Shown piece by piece: positions 58,246 through 64,000 of a stretch of 64,000 nucleotides of DNA. Source of the stretch: Flavobacterium sp. (GTDB lineage: Bacteria; Bacteroidota; Bacteroidia; Flavobacteriales; Flavobacteriaceae); NCBI GenBank assembly GCA_044349645.1, contig JBIKQP010000001.1; one strand, written 5' to 3'. Below the pieces are notes generated by a model. The model did not search any database. It was not told the origin of the DNA and worked only from the letters and a program-made list of their open reading frames with translations. The translations under genes and the position numbers were made by a program. The stretch's first letter is position 1; every line of letters begins with the position of its first letter.

Positions 58246-58782
58246 TTAAAATCGGTAGCCTATAAGAAAATCGCCTCTAAAAATCGCGTCTGGCTTATCA
58301 CTTCCTCCAATTGTTCTTCCAACTCCAGCAAGGATTTCAAATACAAACCCGCTAGAATTAAACCATTTTTTACCTATTCCAAGTCCTAAAGCACCTGCTG
58401 AGTAGGATTTTGAAAATTCTGAGTTTAACATTGAGGGAGAATATTTACCCGATACATATTTACCAAATCCTTCAACAAAAAAACCTTGCGCACCATATTC
58501 TTTAGTTTCTTGAAAATAAAAACGTGCAAATGGAGTAACAGAAAATTCTTCGTCATAACTACTTTTACTATCAAGACTTATCAATACTGAGGTACCGTAA
58601 GTAAAATCTTTTGAGTAAATGTATTCGTAGGTCCCTTCTAATATTGGACCACCAAGAAGGTGAATAGCGCCAATTTTTAGTTCATGTTTTCTACTAAAAA
58701 CAGAAACTTTGTCTTTGTCTTTTTCTTGTGCGAATCCAAAAGCTGAAACAAATAACACGATAATAATTAGAATATTTTTCAT
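58246..58782 (-). CDS. Small outer-membrane beta-barrel protein (DUF3575-like)
   Basis: Signal peptide, alternating beta strands, C-terminal IGYRF. Start moved to ATG 58782. Confidence 0.75.
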   Translation of the reverse strand: MKNILIIIVLFVSAFGFAQEKDKDKVSVFSRKHELKIGAIHLLGGPILEGTYEYIYSKDFTYGTSVLISLDSKSSYDEEFSVTPFARFYFQETKEYGAQGFFVEGFGKYVSGKYSPSMLNSEFSKSYSAGALGLGIGKKWFNSSGFVFEILAGVGRTIGGSDKPDAIFRGDFLIGYRF

Positions 58783-58834
58783 AAATAATTGTTTAAATTC
58801 GAACAAATCTAATTCTTTTAATAAAACAAGAATG

Positions 58835-59254
58835 TTAAATTGCTTCTAAATTTTCAATAAAAGATTTTGAGTATTCTTTTATTTGATTACGTACTTTTCG
58901 GAATTCAGCAATTAATTCTTTTGCGCTTCCTGATGCTTTTGACGGATCTTCAAAGCTATGGTGAATAGTCTTGGTTTGTGAAGGGAAAAACGGACAAGAT
59001 TCCTTGGCATTGTCACAAACAGTAATTACATAATCAAAATTAATATTGGAATATTCATCAACATGGTTGGAAGTGTTTTTTGAAATGTCAATTCCATCTT
59101 CTGCCATGATGCCAACAGCAAACGGATTGAGGCCATGAATTTCTACACCAGCGCTAAAAACTTCTACTTTTTCTTTACTAAAATATTTCAAATAACCATG
59201 CGCCATCTGACTTCTACAAGAATTTCCAGTGCAAAGAACTAAGATTTTTTTCAT
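58835..59254 (-). CDS. arsC: Thioredoxin-coupled (LMW-PTP fold) arsenate reductase
   Basis: CTGNSCRSQMA P-loop, TVCD...ESCP, FEDP. Start at ATG 59254. Confidence 0.9.
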   Translation of the reverse strand: MKKILVLCTGNSCRSQMAHGYLKYFSKEKVEVFSAGVEIHGLNPFAVGIMAEDGIDISKNTSNHVDEYSNINFDYVITVCDNAKESCPFFPSQTKTIHHSFEDPSKASGSAKELIAEFRKVRNQIKEYSKSFIENLEAI

Positions 59255-59376
59255 ACCAATAACCATAATAAATTAATAATTGTAAACCTGGCATCAAACC
59301 CAAAATACAGATTTAACGCCGTGAGACCAATTGTGATAATTATAGGTTTTTTATATTTTATAATTACATCTTTCAT
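59251..59376 (-). CDS. 41-aa hydrophobic peptide in the ars operon (not in ORF track)
   Basis: MKDVIIKYKKPIIITIGLTALNLYFGFDARFTIINLLWLLV*. A-rich leader and ATGA overlap with arsC. Confidence 0.7.
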   Translation of the reverse strand: MKDVIIKYKKPIIITIGLTALNLYFGFDARFTIINLLWLLV

Positions 59377-59389
59377 ATTTTATTTAATT

Positions 59390-59893
59390 TTAACAACATC
59401 CCGACTCTGGTGAGCAAGAACTGTTTTGAATGTTATTTATTTTTACTTTTGGTTTTGGAGTTCCACACGATTCACCTCTTCCTATAGCTTTACATTGAGT
59501 TTTATCGGAAATTAGTTTTACAATTATTTCGTCGTTTATTATTTCAAAATCTTGTGGAAGCATTTGACGTGTTTCAAAAAGATCGTTTCCAAATTCGATT
59601 TTTACAATACTATTTGGATTTAAGGGAAGCGTTTTTTCAACTAAATCAATAATTGATATTGCTTTTGAAACCTGCATAGATCGTTCAATTTCATTAGTAT
59701 TTGGCTCCCAAAGTTGGAGAATTACTTCTGTCCAAGCATTCATTTTTCCGCCACAATCTACGGCTGTAATGTTTGCTTGTTTGATTTCAGTTATATGAAA
59801 AGAAGGATTTACTTTTTGATTTTTTGAAAATTCAAATTGCAAATGAAGTCCGGGATTTTCAGCCAATTGTGTTTTAAATTCGTTCCAATTCAT
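59390..59893 (-). CDS. DUF6428 family ars-associated protein
   Basis: FHITEIK, VDCGG, QLWEP, C-terminal CSPESGCC. Start moved to ATG 59893. Confidence 0.8.
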   Translation of the reverse strand: MNWNEFKTQLAENPGLHLQFEFSKNQKVNPSFHITEIKQANITAVDCGGKMNAWTEVILQLWEPNTNEIERSMQVSKAISIIDLVEKTLPLNPNSIVKIEFGNDLFETRQMLPQDFEIINDEIIVKLISDKTQCKAIGRGESCGTPKPKVKINNIQNSSCSPESGCC

Positions 59894-59904
59894 GACGTAT
59901 AATT

Positions 59905-60231
59905 TTAACAACATTCATTAGAACTGCTGTTGGTTTGTAAAATAGTGATAAAACTTTGAAGCATTTTAAGTGTACTTTCATTCAAGCAATAACAAATTGA
60001 GTTACCTGAAATAGTGCCTTTGATTACTCCTGCTTTTTTTAATTCCGATAAATGTTTAGAAACTGTAGACTGAGACAAGGGTAAGAATTCTACAATGTCA
60101 CCACAAATGCATGTAGGTGAATTGATTAAAAAATTTACGATTTCCAAACGTGCTGGATGCCCAAATGCTTTCAGGATTTGGGACATTTCAATTGTTTCCT
60201 CTGAGAAACCTACTTTTTTTGTTATTCCCAT
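59905..60231 (-). CDS. arsR: ArsR/SmtB family regulator
   Basis: KAFGHPARL, CICGDI, LSQSTVSKHL, C-terminal CC. Confidence 0.93.
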   Translation of the reverse strand: MGITKKVGFSEETIEMSQILKAFGHPARLEIVNFLINSPTCICGDIVEFLPLSQSTVSKHLSELKKAGVIKGTISGNSICYCLNESTLKMLQSFITILQTNSSSNECC

Positions 60232-60249
60232 ATCGCAATATTACGATAT
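60230..60249. promoter_or_regulatory. Candidate ArsR operator
   Basis: ATATCG-CAATATTA-CGATAT palindrome overlapping the arsR start codon. Confidence 0.7.
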
Positions 60250-60299
60250 AGATTTTAATATTAAAAACTTCAAATGAGATTTAACATTAATTTAATTTC

Positions 60300-60331
60300 A
60301 AAAAAAATCCCGACCGGTTATGGTCAGGATT
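60300..60331 (-). terminator. Terminator after thiL
   Basis: Minus strand aatcctgacc-ataacc-ggtcgggatt followed by a T run. Confidence 0.8.
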
Positions 60332-60341
60332 AATATCTTAT

Positions 60342-61391
60342 TTATTCTTCAGAAATAGCATCCCAACCTCGAGCTTTTAATGGGATTTTAGTATTCGCAC
60401 GGGTAACTAAATGAACTCCTTCACTTTCAGAAGTCATGTGACCAATGATGGTGAAATTTGGATTTCCTTTAATTTTTTCGAAATCTTCGATAGCAATGGT
60501 AAAAAGCAATTCGTAGTCTTCACCACCATTTATCGCAACCGTTGTTGCATCAATATTAAATTCTTCACACACATTAATCAATTGAGGATCGAGCGGTAAT
60601 TTGTCTTCATATAAATTACAGCCCACTTTTGATTGTTTGCATATGTGCATAATTTCTGATGACAATCCATCTGAAATATCAATCATAGCTGTTGGTTTTA
60701 TTTCCAAGGCATGCAATAAAGTACGAATGTCTTTTCGAGCTTCAGGACGCAATTGACGTTCAATTAAGTAAGTATAAGCTTCTAAATCTGGTTGAGAATT
60801 TGGGTTTACCTGGAACACTTGTTTTTCACGTTCTAAAACTTGTAATCCCATATAGGCAGCTCCAATATCACCTGAAACTACCAATAAATTAGTTTCTTTG
60901 GCACCATTTCTATATACCAATTCATTTGCATCAGCTTCGCCAATTGCGGTGATACTTATTATCAATCCTTTTTGTGATGAAGTAGTATCTCCGCCAATAA
61001 CATCAACATTGTATTCTTGTGAAGCAACTGTAATTCCGTCAAATAATTCCTCCAATGCTTCTAGTGGGAATCTATTCGAAACAGCAACTGAAACAGTAAT
61101 TTGAGTTGCTTTAGCATTCATCGCACAAATGTCGGAAACATTGGCAACCACCGCTTTATAACCCAAATGTTTCAGTGGCATGTAAGCCAAATCAAAATGA
61201 ACGCCTTCAATTAATAAATCCGTAGAAACTACTATTTTTTTATCAGCAAAGTCTAAAACAGCAGCATCATCACCAATTCCTTTTAAGGTAGAAGAATGAT
61301 TTATTTTAAAGTTTTTGGTCAAATGTTCAATAAGTCCAAATTCACCTAATTGCGAAATACTAGTTCTTTGTGGGTTTTTATCTTCGATCAT
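60342..61391 (-). CDS. thiL: Thiamine-monophosphate kinase
   Basis: GEFGLI, GIGDDAA, EGVHF, NVSDICAM, GGDT, DISDGL, GGEDYELLF. Confidence 0.96.
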   Translation of the reverse strand: MIEDKNPQRTSISQLGEFGLIEHLTKNFKINHSSTLKGIGDDAAVLDFADKKIVVSTDLLIEGVHFDLAYMPLKHLGYKAVVANVSDICAMNAKATQITVSVAVSNRFPLEALEELFDGITVASQEYNVDVIGGDTTSSQKGLIISITAIGEADANELVYRNGAKETNLLVVSGDIGAAYMGLQVLEREKQVFQVNPNSQPDLEAYTYLIERQLRPEARKDIRTLLHALEIKPTAMIDISDGLSSEIMHICKQSKVGCNLYEDKLPLDPQLINVCEEFNIDATTVAINGGEDYELLFTIAIEDFEKIKGNPNFTIIGHMTSESEGVHLVTRANTKIPLKARGWDAISEE

Positions 61392-62720
61392 TTATTCCAA
61401 TTCTTTTTTAGTAATTACTTTATTCCAAAGTTCCTTACCTTGAACATCAAACAAAGTCAATTTTAGTTGTCGGTTCGCTTTATTCCCAGAAAAAGAAAGG
61501 ATTCCAAAATTATTTTGAGCAAATAAACTTCCTTCTACCCTGTTCTTATTCATATCATCTTTATAGGAATTTCCAACTCCAGAAGTTAATGGTGAAACCG
61601 TCCAATCGTACAATGGATAATTATTTTCGCGATTTAGTTTTGATAATTCAGAAAAATGACGGTCACCGGTAAGAAATAAAACGCCTTTAATTTTATTAGC
61701 CTCAATTTCAGAGAGTAACTTTTGTTTTTCTTTCGGATAGTTTTCATAATTTTCGAATCTTGCGGTTGGATTTATAACTTGTCCACCTATAACAATAACC
61801 TTAAAAGCAGCTTTTGAACTTGACAATGCATCAATTAACCATTCGAATTGTGTGGATCCAATGATGGTTTTTTCACCTGTTAAGCGATCGTTTGGTGATT
61901 TAAAAAAACGGTCGTCAAGCAAGAAAAATTGCGCATCCCCCCAATTGAAAGTAGAATAAATTCCTTCCTTTTGATTAGCATCAGTTCCATAGGTTTTATT
62001 TGCCCAAAAGTTTTTAAATGCATTTTGAGTTTCATATTTGAAATAAAAGCTTCGATCTCCATCGTTTGGTCCAAAATCATGATCGTCCCAAATGGCAAAA
62101 TTTTGGCTACTTGCTAATAAAGGTTGTAATTCTTTGATTGATCTTGAGTGCGTATAGCGGTGGTATATTCCTGTTTTACTGTCCCAATCTGCCTCACGCA
62201 AATAGACATTATCGCCACCCCAAAGCATGATATTTGGTTTTTTAGAATGGATACTTTCAAAAATTTGATACCCACTTCCGTATCCTTTTCCAGGGCGATC
62301 AACAGATTCTTCATTAATGTAATTACAACTTCCGAAGGCTACCGTAAAATCCGGAGCATCTTCTCGCCAAAGCCATAATTTTTTTGATGAAAATGTAGTT
62401 TCATATGGCAGTATTATTTTTTTACCGTCTAGAAAAACATCATAGTGATATTGTTTACCAGGCTGTAATTTATTTAAAACAATATGATTGGTAAATCCAG
62501 TACTAATTTCAGATTTATAAGTATCAGAAGAGAATTTATCATTTGGGGCATTAATTGCAAAATATTCAATTTCAACTAAAGCTTCTTTAGTGGTTTGCAA
62601 CCAAATCATGGCTTCTTTCATTTCGCAATATCCTACCATTGGACCCGATTGAAGTAAATTATTTTGTGAAAACGAAACAGTGAATAGAAACAAAAATAGG
62701 GTATTTAGTATTTTTTTCAT
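61392..62720 (-). CDS. PhoD-family alkaline phosphatase/phosphodiesterase
   Basis: FGSCN, GDNVY, WDDHD, LDDR, TGDRH. Start moved to ATG 62720. Confidence 0.9.
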   Translation of the reverse strand: MKKILNTLFLFLFTVSFSQNNLLQSGPMVGYCEMKEAMIWLQTTKEALVEIEYFAINAPNDKFSSDTYKSEISTGFTNHIVLNKLQPGKQYHYDVFLDGKKIILPYETTFSSKKLWLWREDAPDFTVAFGSCNYINEESVDRPGKGYGSGYQIFESIHSKKPNIMLWGGDNVYLREADWDSKTGIYHRYTHSRSIKELQPLLASSQNFAIWDDHDFGPNDGDRSFYFKYETQNAFKNFWANKTYGTDANQKEGIYSTFNWGDAQFFLLDDRFFKSPNDRLTGEKTIIGSTQFEWLIDALSSSKAAFKVIVIGGQVINPTARFENYENYPKEKQKLLSEIEANKIKGVLFLTGDRHFSELSKLNRENNYPLYDWTVSPLTSGVGNSYKDDMNKNRVEGSLFAQNNFGILSFSGNKANRQLKLTLFDVQGKELWNKVITKKELE

Positions 62721-62800
62721 TTTATTTTTAAATTTCAACAAAGTTACAATCTTATTATTAAATTAATGGAAATTTTAAATGAACAAATTAACTGAGGTTT

Positions 62801-63352
62801 TTAAAAATAAACCCTAATAAAAGGCATCATTGCACTGGAATAAACAGAATCCGTTTCTTTGAAAAGCAAATTATATCGAATTCCAACAAACATATTGTTA
62901 GATCCATAGCCACCACCTAAAAATAAACCCGTGTTCCAAAAATTATCTGTTTTATCAGGGCCACCAATCATGACTAAAGTTCTATTTACCCTTAATTGTT
63001 CCAATTCAATAGATATTTGAAACTCTTCTATTGGATTGAATAACGAAATTAAACTCAATCCATAAATTGATGAAGAAAAGTCACCTTTAGAAGAAACAAA
63101 ACTACCTTGAAGTCCAATTCCAGCAGCTGCTTTTGGGTTAAACCGATAAATGGCTCCTGGCGCTAAATTTACTTCTGTAAATTGAGAACTTATATTTAAA
63201 CCAAAACCACCTCCAAATTGAACATTTTGCCAAAAATTTTGAGATGAGCGTACAACATTTCCCGAAGGTTGTGAATACAACACGCTCGAAAATATAAGAG
63301 TTAAAAAAGTAAATTTCATTTTCGACACTATGAAAAAGTAAGATTTTCTCAT
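62801..63352 (-). CDS. Hypothetical outer-membrane beta-barrel-like protein
   Basis: Signal peptide, Gly-rich beta strands, C-terminal RVYF. The true start may be 63319. Confidence 0.7.
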   Translation of the reverse strand: MRKSYFFIVSKMKFTFLTLIFSSVLYSQPSGNVVRSSQNFWQNVQFGGGFGLNISSQFTEVNLAPGAIYRFNPKAAAGIGLQGSFVSSKGDFSSSIYGLSLISLFNPIEEFQISIELEQLRVNRTLVMIGGPDKTDNFWNTGLFLGGGYGSNNMFVGIRYNLLFKETDSVYSSAMMPFIRVYF

Positions 63353-63464
63353 CTATTTTAAAAATTTGATTAATAAAACATAAAAGTATCTAAAATATTT
63401 AATATTATATTTCATTTATTGTACTTTTGCGTAACTATTTTACAAATCAGGACATTCAAAAATT

Positions 63465-64000
63465 ATGGATAGGTTTTCCTTTTTAAATGCAGCGCACACC
63501 GAATTTTTCGCACAACTATATGATCAATATTTAGAAAACCCCGATAGCGTTGAGCCATCATGGAGAAGCTTTTTTCAAGGTTTCGACTTTGGAATGAGTT
63601 CTTCAAACGGAGAAATCGCAACCGAGGGCTCTCTTTTAACTTCATCTGAAGGGCAAGATTTCAGTGCTGTTTCTGCAAAACTTCAAAAAGAATTTCAAGT
63701 ATTAAAATTAATTGAAGCCTATAGAACAAGAGGACATTTATTTACTAAAACAAATCCTGTTCGCGATAGAAGAACTTATTCTCCAACATTAGAAATAGAA
63801 AATTTTGGTTTAAACCAATCCGATTTAAACACTGTTTTTGATGCAGCTAAATTAATCAATATTGCTCCTTGTAGTTTAACTGATATTATTGCTCACTTAG
63901 ATAAAATTTACTGCCAGCACATTGGTGTTGAATACATGTACATCAGAAAACCTGAGGTAATTCAATGGATTCAAGAAAAATTAGGAGTTAATGATAACAC
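63465..64000 (+). CDS. sucA: 2-oxoglutarate dehydrogenase E1, 3'-truncated by the window edge (not in ORF track)
   Basis: MDRFSFLNAAHTEFFAQLYDQYLENPDSVEPSWRSFFQGFDFG...LIEAYRTRGH...YCQHIGVEYMYI. -7 box TACTTTTG at 63422-63429. Confidence 0.95.
   Translation, partial: MDRFSFLNAAHTEFFAQLYDQYLENPDSVEPSWRSFFQGFDFGMSSSNGEIATEGSLLTSSEGQDFSAVSAKLQKEFQVLKLIEAYRTRGHLFTKTNPVRDRRTYSPTLEIENFGLNQSDLNTVFDAAKLINIAPCSLTDIIAHLDKIYCQHIGVEYMYIRKPEVIQWIQEKLGVNDN

Noticed and set aside
85-62378. Numerous 60-136 aa ORFs antisense to or nested within long genes (e.g. 23047..23457, 11532..11879, 50724..51035)
   Set aside because: Shadow frames of well-supported genes, with no motifs or independent expression signals.
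63463-63645. 60-aa minus-strand ORF
   Set aside because: Antisense shadow of sucA.
1-64000. CRISPR array, prophage, integrase or IS transposase
   Set aside because: No regularly spaced repeat-spacer series and no ORF with recombinase, transposase or phage motifs was seen.

Overview
AT-rich chromosomal window from a Bacteroidota/Flavobacteriaceae genome, most likely Flavobacterium (TAnnTTTG -7 promoters, a T9SS C-terminal-domain protein, a GLPGLI protein, alpha2-type GlyRS). It is mostly housekeeping: M13 peptidase, sco-feoAB, umuCD, lepA, dusB, rbfA, mce, tRNA-Ile2(CAT), GH92, a TetR-TolC-MFP-RND efflux operon, a biotin cluster, threonine dehydrogenase, mfd, glyQS, an ars operon, thiL, phoD and the start of sucA. 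I saw no CRISPR array, integrase or transposase. Best leads: (1) a FabF-type ketosynthase inside a biotin cluster that has no bioC/bioH/bioW/bioI in the window, with an Arg at the position that lines the acyl pocket in FabF, making it a candidate for an undescribed route to pimelate; (2) an AT-rich islet next to the tRNA encoding small Cys-patterned lipoproteins, whose promoters share a LytTR-like tandem site at a fixed 52-53 nt from the -7 box, plus a frameshifted gene; (3) an ars operon with no efflux pump but an unannotated 41-aa membrane peptide; (4) several intergenic repeat or structured-RNA families. All family assignments come from motif recognition by eye, not database searches.
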